NCBI GenBank assembly: GCA_040954595.2
Contig: CM082576.2
Location: 12,279,129-12,343,128 of the forward strand
Reading direction: 5' to 3'
Length of the DNA: 64,000 bases
Source of the DNA: Balanoglossus misakiensis
Lineage: Eukaryota; Animalia; Hemichordata
Both the position numbers and the translations under genes were made by a program. A model generated the notes under the pieces. That model was not told where the DNA came from. It worked only from the letters and a program-made list of their open reading frames with translations, and searched no databases. Of this stretch, positions 24,201 to 38,200 are shown in pieces (within the stretch, counting starts at the first letter, position 1; each line of letters begins with the position of its first letter).

Positions 24201-27200
24201 AACAGAACTAGAGAACAACGAGTTGAAAAAATTACCATGGACTGAAGAATGACCATAGCACACAGTAATACACGGGGAGTCATTAAAGGCACGTAAGCTG
24301 TAACTTTTGGGATAATTTTCATAATTTTTGTTTCACACTGCACTACCATTAGTCCATGCAGATGAAGGCAGTGAACTATACACAAGCATTATAAACCCTA
24401 AATATGAGTGCATATGCAAGTTTTAACCAGATAAATAATAAAGCTTTGCCGCAAGCGATTATGGCCGCCACCGTGGGAAAATGAAAGAAACAATGAAAAT
24501 GTCGCATTTCCGGTTGTGAAACTTCATAAACAAAACATGATCTCATCCACTTGAGCCCATGGAAGTAAATGTACACCACTGAGACATCAGATTTTCATTT
24601 TTCATTGCAATATTGCACTTTTTAAAAAATTTCAGGAATTTTCGTTTTTCTTTAATTTTTGGCCATTTTGTCATAAAGAAGTGTTGAGCTTGATATATTA
24701 TCATGAAATAGCATTTAATAGATATAATTAAAAGCATATATGAGATTATTTAAAACATTGATTTTTTATCAAGTTGCAGCTTACGTGCCTTTAATATAAA
24801 TTTGGCTGACAGAAAAATGAATACCACCAGCAATCATTTTTCCATTAACCTTTAAATGAAAGGAGCTAGCTGTGGCAAGAGTTATTGCCATGGCAATTAC
24901 CTGTCAAACCAAGCTGACATAATAATATCCCGATACTAAAGCATATTACATAAATACCGGATAATGAGGACTGGATAACTGAACCAACATATTAATGTCC
25001 ATCTTTTATACTTTACGCCTGATTTCATCACAATTGCCGCACAGCGATATTCACAGCAAGAAATTTGTTCATTTGTGCGTCGGATCTTTTCCACTTTCAG
25101 ATTCTGTTAATTCTCAATTTCTGTCTGCGCAGACCACTTCATCCAGTCTAATCTTTCCTAATACGCCTGCCGCAGCTGGCGTTTGGATGGAATCATTTTT
25201 TACCTGCAGTGGAACCCGAAAGCAGATTGCGGACACAAACGCTCACACAAATCTTAATCAAAATGCAGGGGCCATGTAAGCCATACCTGCCAGTTACTAT
25301 TAGTATTAACCTTTGGAACACTGCATCCACATAACATACCCTCTCTTCTGTCAATAAGAATTATTAGTTCATACTGTTTACTGGGAAATTTTCGCAAACG
25401 ATAAAATGTCGCGAACTTTGCGAGAGTCTGAAAAATGTGAAAATAAATACTAGCAAAAGATCAATCAGGTGCAGTTAGTGAATTAAGAGAACATGAAAAT
25501 TAATCGTCGTGAAATAGTCACCTCTGTTGATATCGCAAAAATTTCTTGTTGCAAATATTTCTCAGTTTACAGTATTTCATCTACATTTAGTATGTGTAAC
25601 GTTGGAGGGCAGGTTAAGTCTTGTAACCATGTCAACACTCTCAGGAAATGATTGGTTGGACGACGATGACCGACCAATCTTACAAATCCTTACCTGGTGC
25701 TTTTGTTGCATGGAGATGACGCTCCTCAGATCCCTGCCCGTAACCATGGACTTGGCGATCCTCTGCTTCTCCATCAGCCAGGCCTCCTCCTCCTCGCTGT
25801 CTCTCAGGAACTGATAGAACTTCATGGATTCCTCCAGTCTCGCCTTCCGTGCTGCACTCAGATCAGTCAGGCTGTATAAAAGACATCACCACATTCACAA
25901 AGTGAGAAACTGTTAATCCATTTCGGCTGCTGTCACTTAACCCTTTCACCACCATGCTGTGGTCCAACTCCATAATTCTCAATGCTAGTGTTGGACCTCT
26001 ATACAGGGATATGGGGGTGAAAGGGTTAAGCATAATCCAAATATTGCAAAGCCTCATTGTAGCATGCTTACAGTTTGTTGCATGCCTATGATTTTTTTTT
26101 GTTCAATGACGATGGAATATTGTTTTCCTTATGCTCCCATTTTCATTATTAATTTTGATGAGATGACACATTTTCTGATGAATAAAATGATACGTTTATC
26201 TTCTGTAGTGTGTGTGATAGCCACTTGGTTGTAGTATACTCTTTGAGAATTCAATATGTCACTTTGTGCCAGACGTTCTGATGTTGTCGTGACCGGCATC
26301 AGAAATATCAAGGACGTTCATTTCACACACTGATATACATGTATGAACACGATGTTGTGATGTTGCTGAGTTGAAGTATATGCGTCTATGTTTGGACTGA
26401 CTTGCCCAGTTACTGAGTATATAACACTGTTCCTGTATGCACATTACAGCCAACACAAAAGATGGAATGCCTCAAAGTTGACAAGTACCCATTGCATTAT
26501 CACTGCTGATCATTCACATTTTCTTGGGACAGAAATCCTTTTTGAGCAATGCTTCATCATGTACTATTCTTACTGCCAATTAAAATTGAAACAGACACAC
26601 CCAATGTACCGTAACACACTGGCCCAAGTCTTCGGCTTGTTGAAGGAGAGTGTTGCTATAGCAACTGAGGGATCTTGTCAAAATTTGTGCATCCTTTAAC
26701 CTTTTCACCACATATTTTGGTCCAACTTTATTGTTTTAAAGGCTATGGTTGGACCCACATTCACAGAATTCGGGGTGAAAGGGTTTGAATCTTGCATTGG
26801 CTGTACGCTGTGTGTATGTATATTTCACTGTATTGATTTGCAGTTTGTTCAGCTTTCAGCAAAGTTTCAATCCAACTAGAGACTGAGAATAATCTTCTGC
26901 AGCACTTCTGTGTGCACAGCCACAGGTTAAAGAACATCAGTTCAGAGATGGGAGTATCAATCAAACAATACAAATCATTCTTCTTGTGTCAAAATGACAA
27001 ATGCAATGGGCAAACCCTTGAATCATCCTTTCTCCAATTAAACAGTTCACTTCATCCACAAATCCCTGAAATATTTCATTCCACCCTGTTCTATTCTGTT
27101 GGTTTTGAAACTATGATTCAATTACTTTTCTTCAAGCTACAGCAAGGTACATTTTATGTGATGATATGAACTGAATAAGTATGTTGAACATAAACATTTA

Positions 27201-29207
27201 CTTTTACAAAGCTTTTACAAAGCTGGTTTGGGCATGATCATGACACAAACAATAGTTTAGCATGTAATCAGTTCTAAACAGAAATAAATTATCCCGACAA
27301 ATATTACACTAACTTTCATTGTTTTTGTTATTTTCGCATTTGCATTACGTTCTCCAGGGCCCACACCTACATTTTGTATCTCTCTCCCAGTTGCTGCTGT
27401 GAGTATTACAGCATGTTACAATTAAGTCAGCATATGCCAGCAAAAACGTACCCATGTAAAATGACAGTTGCCGCAGTTAATATCGGTTAGTACCAGTAGA
27501 TTATAACTGATGTAATGCCGTCTTTTTTTTCAGTATTCAACAATTACCTAGTAACCAACACAAAGCAGTTTACGGGTGCCCCGGTTACACAGCTATACTG
27601 ACTTACCCCAAGGACCCACCAATACAACCACACCCACAGGATTAAAATTCAGACAACAATGCTTGGGGGGAATTTACAGAAAATCCGAGCGGAAGATGTT
27701 TGCATATTTCCGTTGTGTCGTATCTCAATCATCGCCAAAATCCGATTAGATTGACAAACACAACACATTATTCTCAGTCCATGTGGAATTAAAAGCTTTG
27801 CGGAAAGCACCCTGCTGTAAAACGGCAAGCAAGTCAGTCCGAGCGGATCGTTATATACAACCGAGGTTAATACTGCAGTTTATCCAGCACCATGAGCCAT
27901 TGAGCCTGAATCTTTATAACCGCTTGGCAAAGATAGGCTTGTGACTTTTTAAAAAGCACGCGTACGTAAAAGCAGTAAACGTTTAATCTGCGCTGCACCG
28001 TATGAGGCATCTTGTTAATGCGAATTTAAAGCAATGACGGTCAAAACAAAATGGAAACCCCATCTGGCTCGGAGGGTTCCGAGGCTTTGGTTGCCACAGG
28101 GTTGAACTCACTCTTTTGGATCATAATCGTCTAAATCCCAGTACTGACAATACAGTCTGCAAGAAACAGTTAGTTGGGTTAACACAGGTAAAGACCAGAG
28201 AGAAGATACTAGCCAACCGGAGCAGACTATAAAGATTTTGTCAAGAACTGAAGATTGTTACTGATTTACAAAGAAAGGTTTACAAAGAAAGTTATTTTGA
28301 GATTTACTGTATATCAACTAAGGTTTTATAAGTATACTGCATGCACAGGAGATGTGATAAATTATTCACTTTGGCTGCTTAAAATCTGTGTTGCTGACAG
28401 ATTTGGAGATATATATTTTGGGATTTGCAAATGCATCGAACATCAAATATGAATGACCGCTATAAAGTCATTGTAGATACTCCAGTTAACACTGAAATTT
28501 CATCTAGGTAACATATCTACATCAAGAAAAGCTAAATTTAGTCTTGAGGAGGTAATAGATGCCTGGTCTGAGTATCCAATTGAGCGGTGATGCAATCTCA
28601 GTGGTTGAAATCCAATGCCGTATTAAATGATGCTTAACTATGCAAGCCACGCCCACAAAATCCACCAATCAGTTGTACAGTAGCCATCCCCATAGCAACT
28701 CCTATTGCTATCCAATCAGCCTTTCGAAAAGACACCTTGTCATGCACAGACAGACATCCCAATGAAACATGTGCGTGGAACATCGCGCAAAAGTAAAAAC
28801 GAGCGACAACGCCTGACTGAGACTTACGTTTTGTAGGCATCATTGAGTTCGTCCATTTTCGCCTTGATGGTGTCAGCTTCGCTGTGGTCCTCCTTGAGGA
28901 ATTTGTCGCCGGTGTCGTTGACCTTTTTCAAGCGATGACCCAGCGAGCTGATCAGGGTCTCCACGAGGCTGTGTCTCTGCAGCAGATCTTCGACGCCGAA
29001 CAGATGTTTCCCGTAGTCTTCCGATTTCAAGCCAACCTGGTGGAAAAATCCAAAGTGAGAAAGTTAGGCTCCTCGTCCTGTCTGGAACTGCAACAAATTA
29101 ACGTTATTCCATGCACCATGTAAATTTACTACTGTAGTGGACTAGAATGGCTACCAAGCAGGGTTACTGGTAAGGATTGCCTCAACACTTACAATCGCAC
29201 GCACGTA

Positions 29208-29239
<32 letters not shown>

Positions 29240-32200
29240 AACTGACACACAAAATGCTTTCAGTACAATGCAATCTCTTTTTCAGAGATTGAATTTATAA
29301 GTTTTCAATCAAACACCATCCAGTGGAATTACAACCTTTCCTCCTGATGAGGTTTCTGTCAGCAATCAGTTTCTGAACAGTTATAGGCTTTGATCAAAAT
29401 TGGAAAAAGTAAATGCCCGTTCATGATTAAAGTTCTCACAGTACATTAAAAGTATTAAAGTAACACCAAAAACTATTCCTTTATACTGAGGCCAAAGGTC
29501 ATAGCACAGCGTGAACTTTGACCTCTGGCCCCACCAAAAGTCATCGAAATCTCAAACCACATACACACTAATACCACACGATACAAAGCATTGGGTTGAT
29601 TGCAACTATGCACGGAGGGTTATTGCTAGTGAACAAGAAAATCCGTCCTATAAATACCAAGTGCTGTTAGTTACAATCCAAGTGCACATATTTCCATAAC
29701 AACATGGCATTATCGGATGCTGTAACTATTACAGAGGGATGCCTGTAACGTAAATTATGATTAGGGTCTTGACTGTATGTAATGTTGCATCCAAACACTT
29801 CCCTCGCTACTGTTCATAATCTCAAATGATTAAATTTGCAAATAAAAATTACTCATCAAGATACTATAATTTTCTATGATTTTTTTTTCTTTTTTTTGAT
29901 GAAATAGTTTCTCAAGGTAAACTACTACATGTAGTATATAAATTACAAATAACATTTCAACATACAAAACGAATTTTCTAATTTTTTTCTTTTTTCTGAT
30001 GAAATTCTGCTTCAAAGGAATTTACACGCACCGTAGCCAGAGAAATGACAGATGTGTAACGAGATACAAAATGTACATGTATTAGCTTTGTGTGAAGGAC
30101 ATGGTACACTGAACAATCTATTCAACTTTAAAAGAAACAGCTAGTTTTGCGTTTAAAATATGATATCTCTCCTGGGTATTTCAATTCAAGCATATTGGCA
30201 AAACTGATTGGTAAATCGATGGCCTTTAGCACACTATAAATTACAATTCTCAAGGAGACTTGTACGAGTTGGCCCTTGGCTGTCAAAGTGTAATTTTGCA
30301 AATTGATTCACGTCTTTCATTTTGTGAATTCAAATCAAATTTCTATGGGTGTATTAAACTTTTTTTTTCAAATTTTGAGAAAAGTTATGTTTTGGCAGTC
30401 TGGGTGTTGAAACTAGCACGTTCTTTGAAAGAAAGATTATTTGTGAGAAGATGACATCAATACTATTCTAGGTCAGGCAAGATGTAAAAATAAAAATACA
30501 AAAGACACTCACAAAGAACGAGAAAGACCTGCGAGACAGACTTATTGGGAAAGCAATTAAACCAACCTTCATCTTATCCTACATTTATGGGAAGGAGTGT
30601 CGGTGAAAGAGAACAACATCATTCAAAAGTTAAGACGAGAAAAATAAACACATTCTGAAGGAGAAACAGACGTGTGACACATAAAGGTGAAACTGAAATC
30701 GGGGATGATGAGACAGGACTGACATCGCAGCTCTGCGGTGGAATATAAGTTGATCCAATTCACAGTATTGCCCCAAAAAGAAATCAGCTGAGTGAAATAG
30801 TAACACAGAAAAGCAATGGTGCTCATGAAAAAAAAAATATGATTTTTTTTTTCAGTGTGGGATGTTAGAGCTAGTTGTCGTGTTATCATAGTTACCCAGA
30901 AGCCTATAGCACCGATGAATTGCTGTAAAGAGAGAGATGAGGACCTGCTTGCTGTGACCAACTGGACACTTAGAACAACATATCACAACAAACGACACAA
31001 ATACACTACCAAAAACAACACACAGACACACATTTACAGCACGCATCAAACCACATATATTTGAAAAAGAAAAGTTTCTCAGTACTTTTTTTGTACCTAT
31101 GATCAAATACAGGACTACACACACCAAACACATAAACAGGAATCTTCAGTGATCTTTTGAAGACTTTGATGTTAGTGTACATTTAGTTTCAACCACACCA
31201 ATACACAGTGGGTGAAATACCCTGTCAGCAATCAGACACTCAACAACGACATGGCATATACGCACACATGTATATACACAACATAAAACATTAGTGAAGG
31301 CTACATTATACATGTACATGTACATCAATTCACAACACACTCCAACAGACTTCTCGTGATCCCTCCCCCCCCCCTGACTTTCACTCACCTCAATCTCTCT
31401 AATCTCAGCGTGAATACTATCGACTTCCCGGAACATTCCGATCAAGTCCGAGATGCCTTCCAGCTGCTTCTTTCTCTGCTCCAGTTCCTCCAGCAAACTC
31501 TTCCATTTGGCCGCGATCTGTTCCTCCGTATCCTGGATCTCCTCTTTGCCGTGGTAATTCTCGATGATCAACTCTTCAGCCATCCTGGCCAGGTTCTCAA
31601 ACCTGTCAGTCTGCATTGCATGAGAGGAACCACGTCGATATTAGTATGAGATTTATTTTAATCCTCTCTGACAGGCTTATACTAGGATTACAGATATCTT
31701 TATTCAATTCAGATTTTATTTCCAGCTTTTCATTTTGGTAACATGTCGCGAGATATCGAATATGAAAACCTTTTAGTTCTTACAATTCAACCGTCAAAAA
31801 TTTTGCTTTTTTGTATGTAGAGCAAATGATATGATATATACATGTATCTTTTAACTGCTCCCTTCCCTGTTCGTTGGGTTAAAACTGAAAATGGACAACA
31901 GTTCTGACAACTGGTAACTAGAAATGATTTGTACATTTGTCAGTTTCCATGTTATTGGTTATAAAGATTGCATGGATATTATCACAGATTTTAATAGAAA
32001 ATTATGCACATGATTATATTCAATGTACACCATTTACATGCACATGCACATACACACACACACGTGTATGTGTTGACACTCACCCTTGCATGTACGTCAG
32101 CAATGATGGCTTCATGCTTCTTGGTGGCTGCATTGACAGATTCCGCATCCAGTTCCTTGGCCGATTCATCCAAGACTTGACACATGTCGTTCAGCCAGGA

Positions 32201-35200
32201 GGTACGCAGCATAGCCTGACGAAGAAGAGAAACAGAAGAAGGCACTTTTTGTCAAAAGCATTCTTACACACGGCTGGCACAAAAATAAGTCCAAAAATTC
32301 TCAAATTGATGTGAAACCTCTGCAATAGCATAAGCTTGTCAGAGGGTTGACATGATAAATCACAGACAGTGTTTACAGTATATGCATACAACCACAGTTC
32401 TGAAAGAATTTACAGGTAACATGTTTGATAAAGGTACATTGTAAACAATGTTTGCTTATGCTTAACATTAATGAACAAATAAAAACAATGTTATGTATAA
32501 CTTTCAATCCCTGGTTATCCCATTAGTAGGTGCTCTATCTAGTCAAACATTTGGCTGATGTTGGAAAGCTCTCAAGTTAATACACCAGAGACACAGACCA
32601 GTACTCCACAATTTACTTACTTTTCGTTCAAACCTCTCGACAAGTTGTTCCAATCTCTCCTGCCTCATGAGTTCCTCCCTGAGCGCTATTTCTCTCCCGT
32701 GTTCACTCTTCTCCAGCGCCTGCCACGCCTTCTCGATGTCGTTCAGCAGCTTCCCTTCCGGTGGCATGTAACCCCTCTGGAAGTTTTTGGCTCGGACTTT
32801 CGTCTGAATCTCGAAGAACAGGGCCTCTATCTCGGCCTTCTCTGTGTATCTGTCAAGGAGAGGGAATATCCACGATCAGACGATGTTCTCAACCGGTATC
32901 TTATTCCATTCTACTATCAATTGTCTCTTATTCACATACATGTACAGACACACACACACACACACACACAAACAAACATTCCAAGTACATGTATTTCACA
33001 AAAAACATACAGCTTGTTTAATATTCTCCTGGAAAAGGCAGTTTGCGACGCACGTAGACTGCATCCACACACAGGTACAGAACAGACAACCACAACATGA
33101 ACATAGCCCCACAATCTTCATGCATGACACTAAACAGAGAATGCCTTCAAACATACTTTGGTGGTTTCTCCAACGTTCTGTATTGCTTGAATCGCATCAT
33201 TTCTCCCTGGATGCCGTCCAAGGAATTGGGGAAATGTCTGTCGTCCAACTCCTCTATCTTGTTTTGGATCCACGTCAGCAAGTCTGTTGTCAGGCTCTCG
33301 TAGTCACCTTCATTTGCTTCTACATTCATCAAATCATGGACAATCTGTTTTTAAAAAAATATTAATAAGAAAAGGTATGTGTATGACTTGTTCTATACTG
33401 GATTCTCAAATTTCCTTTCCTCTATTGTGATACACAATCATCATCATAATATAAACATTTTCATACTGATATAAAAGAACATTATGACAGAAAATATGGT
33501 AAATTTATAACTTTAAAACAATTGTACCCATTTCTGTATAGCAGCCACATAATACAGTACTTCCAAATTTCAACCTTTTCACACCTACTTCAGGTAGTAT
33601 TGTACTTAGCCAAACCCTATTGTTTTCCACAGTAACACTTAAGGGTGCACACTGGAATATAGGGGCGACACCCCCCCCCCCCCAAATGTTGAAGGAAACG
33701 CCCTTACCTTTCCTATTCTTTTGCCTCCTTTCTCTTCTGCCTTCATTTTAGCAAAGCAATGATAATAGGCCACCACGTAGGTCATGATAGATTTCTCATC
33801 TGGTCTGGGAACATCAATATCTGTGAGATCAAATCAAAATTGAGGTTCAGTTTCTGAGTCCAGTCAATCAATCCATACACATAAGCTAGTCTTTGGTCAA
33901 ACTTACAATTCACTGCATCATGTTTTTAGCATATTGTTATTTTATATAGGCTGTTGAGATGAATTGGTCAAAATGCTCAAATATACAATGCAATTCTACA
34001 AGTAATTATTTGTATTTTTTTCCAATTTTATCTTTTACCACATGAACTCCACCTGATGGTGATCTGCAATAGAATCGCAGAGGAAATTAAGATTGACAGT
34101 AATGACTTATGGCCAGGAGCCTCAAGGATCGTAATCAATGCAATGTAGTTCTTTCAGACACTAACGAGATCAGCGTGGGATAAGCATTTACACCCTCATC
34201 CTGATCCCAACAGATCTATTCTGAGTATCAATCGAACATTACCTTCAGCATCCAGCAACCGGGCAATTCCCAGTCGTTCCTCGGCCACATCAAACGCATT
34301 GTTCAGGTTTGCAATGTGTTCCTTCGGATCAAGTCTGTTGAACCTGATCATTTCAGGTCTGAGAGAAGACAACGGAAAAAATCTTGGTTAGACCCGGTTC
34401 TCGGGTGGAATAACAAATCATAGTTATAACTTTCTTCTAACGCTAAGATATCTGGAGATGGCACGATTATGGCATTGGTTCACAATGGGAACCTTTTAAT
34501 AGATCCCCATGAGGAGATTTCAACGTAACTCTCTCACCTGTGTGCATGTATAAGAGCATTAAATGCCAATCCATCCCGCCAACTGCCCGTAAAGTTTAGA
34601 ACATTGACACCAGGATACCTGCAATTATCAAATAATAGTGAAGAAAAATAAATGATTGCACATGATTCTGCAAGTGACTGTAGACGACTTCAGCATGCTT
34701 GAGACAATGCAGCGAAACGTCAAAAAAAATTATCTTCCAAGAAAACATGCTAACAAGATCCTGTTCGAGAAAATTAATACTTTCAATTCCATAATTCTGC
34801 TAGCTCCCATGACCTTATTTTCAATTTCTTGGTACAGTTTTATAAGATCCAACTGTCTCCTCCTCTTTGCAAACTGGTAGATTAGTCAGTTCAACACTGG
34901 ATAGTGGTTACTGCCCGAGGGAAACATTGATTGCATACCTGGACATATATTACTTGACACTTTTGGTCCAGCAGTCTGTTAACACAAGCAGTGGAATATA
35001 CCACACAATACCTCCAAGCTACAGACACACACACTTACCCAGCTGTCTTCCTTTGACACCACAGAAGCAAAGAATCCTTGGCTGACCTCTGACCTGCACT
35101 GACCTGTAAAATCATAAAAATCATATTTTCCAGTCCATCATAAAATTATTTCACTAAAAGTGTTTATTAGCAACACAAGTATGTTTCATACTTTCACTGA

Positions 35201-38200
35201 CAAAGCCTCAACACACACTCACTGAGTGATTTATTGGGTTATTAACAAACTTTCAATCCAGAAAACTACACTGATGCTTGAGTATGCAACTTATATGCTG
35301 TCCCCCCCCCCCCCTCTCCCACTAGCACAGGCACATCACATGATATACTCAAGCACCTGTCAGCCGGCCAGCCACGTAGGAAGGCCAAGAATGCAGGATG
35401 TGTTTGCATGACTGAGTTGTTTATCAGTGTTACACATTACATTCTGTGATAAGTTTGACATATGTACACACTACTGGAAGCGCTGGCCCCTCTTGACAAT
35501 GGGATCTGTTCTCAACAATGTGTACATAAACACAATGTGTACATAAACCATAACAAGTACATTATTGTAGTTATGGAAATAGCAGAGGCAGGGAAAGTGA
35601 CCAATCAGGGACTGGAACCAAATGACTGGAATCAGGTGGGGGTGAGGAACAAGTGGTTCACTGATGGATCTTATCCATAAAATAAAGTTTGTTCGAGGAT
35701 ACCTTAATACCCTTAATAAACTGTACATTTCACAATAAATATCACATTAAAAAATAAATCCTGAACTCACATCATCATCATCGTCAAGTTCAACTTCTTG
35801 GATTTGAAATCTCAAGATGATGGTCCAGATCAAACCCAGGATGAGTATCGGATTGCCATCACAAATATCTTCTGCGCCAATACTTTCTAAACGAACCTGA
35901 GAAGAAAATTATGCAAAAAAAAATGTGTTGTGAAAAAAAGTGAATTCTTGTAGTTTGCGACAGGTGGACAGTGCAATTTCACGGTCTCTGCCGGGACTCG
36001 GTGAGTAATGTCGATGCTTGCCTTGGGATCATTCATTCCATTAAATGCGCATCACCCTTGACAGTTTCAGGGTCTCTCTGCAGCACACTTGAGTGGACAT
36101 AAGCGCTGTGTACATTTACACAGAGTTTAAGTTGATGATTTCTCTGATAACAGCTGTCCACAACAGCTACTGCCAAAGACATCGTCACCCATCCATCTGT
36201 CAGTCCGACCAACAGGCACACAGAAATACACGTTCCAGTCCAGTTTTTTAAAAGTTACAGATCACATTTTAAAATGAAATTCACATCGCCAAGTTTGCCA
36301 ATGCCCGAAGCAAACAAACTAGTTGAAGGGCAAGTTGGAAAGGGTAATACAGTCTATCACACAAGCGATGGATAGGAAATGTATCCATACACTCTTGATT
36401 TGTCTCCATGGTGTCCAAAACTATCATCCACACAAGATGATTCTTAACCCTGACATCTGCCTATAGCAGATTTTGCCTCATGAAACACTTTTATTGGGTT
36501 TCTATATGTTCAAAATGATATTGTACCACAGATACACTTGACCAAAGCCAACACCTGGGCTATCTATAAACATGACCAACTGAATACCTGGGCTATCTCA
36601 TATATAAACATGCTGATAAGATTACCTATTCAGTCTGGGTTTGTTAGGTTAGGGCAGTACCCTAGGAATTTTAGGCCGAATTGATTTTGACAGTGAGAAA
36701 ATCATGTGTGTTATTATTTACATAGAGGGGCGGTGTTCTTATTTAGGCCAAGGTGACATTGGCACAAACTGGACAAAATCAATTTTTTGTATACAAATAC
36801 ACACATCATGGTGTGTTTAATATAGTTGAATGCTGGTACCATATACATATACCAAACTGCTGGTAGCGAAGTTGCATGGATTGAATATATGTATGTATGT
36901 CCCATCTCAGCTGAGTTGATATCAGTAAATGCAAACTTTGGCCACGCCTCAAACTACGACAACATTTCCTTGAACTTTGAAAAAAATATTTACAACAAGG
37001 GCGTCACATGTCTTTGCTTTGTTTGCTTTGTTTTGAAGTGTCCGAGATATTCTGCATTGCCCACAGTGAACTTTGGCTACCATGACTACTCTGGACAACT
37101 GAGAGATTTTTATATATGTAGGCTTCTCCAACACGTCCCATATTGCTGCATTAGTTTATATTGGGAAGGGTTGTTACCCCATTCCCGACTGGGTACAGCT
37201 ACATGTATCAGTGTTGAAAAGCTCTCAAATGTATTTCAACACCCGGCCACATATAATGCTTCATCGTGGTGTAAAAGAGAGGAATGATTTATGATATTCT
37301 TTTGTTAATGCAGCTTTGATGGGCATTAACCTGAATACCTTCAGCTAATCCATTCACATTGATGTATGCAGGTCCCTGTGAGAATTTCGATTCTGAGCTA
37401 CCATGTTTTGAAACAAACTGAGAAAATAAAAGATTCACAGAATTTATAACTTTAAAATCTGAGAATATGAAAAACACTAAGAATGACGACTTTTGCATCA
37501 CATAATGACAGATATTATAGTGTCGAACAAGGGAAATGGGAGATTGGGTCACTGCATATTTGCTTTTGACGAACATGTTTGGTTTTTCATTTTTTTTTTC
37601 AAATATCATTTGGGTGTGTACTCACACACCTAAACTCTACATGCGCAAATAACTGCATGAATGCACAGGTATGTACAACGGACAAACATGGCTACCAAAA
37701 CATTTCCACACGGCCGACTTTTCAAATCAAGCTGTGAAAAGCTGCATGTGGTTCTGCTCTGACTGGCAACGCAATTTTTTTAACAACAAGCTGCAGGCTA
37801 GGATGCCCCATTACAGAGCATCTGAATAGCGAGGGAAGCGCTCAAACTCAACAGATAGGTACAGAGCCATGCTGAAAAGAGAACGGCCTGGTGACTACTG
37901 TAAAACGGGTTATTTTCGCGACAGGAAATTTTCGCGATATCAAAAGAGGCAACTGTTACACGAGGATTAATTTTCGCGTTCTCTTATTTCACTAACTCAG
38001 TAACTGCATCGTTATCTCCAAAAAACATTTTACGCAACTTTTTATTTTCACGTTTTTTTTGGCTCTTGCGTATTTCGAGAAAATGTATTGCTCGCGAAAA
38101 TAACCCGTTTTACAGTATATTCCAAGGCACTTGCGTTTTATAGTCAATCCCATTATTGTTTTCTATCTGAAATATCGGCTCCTTTCTGATTATCAGCACT

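Noticed and set aside
1130-33365. Many plus-strand ORFs of 60-180 aa
   Set aside because: They are antisense shadows of spectrin exons or intron sequence with no recognisable domain
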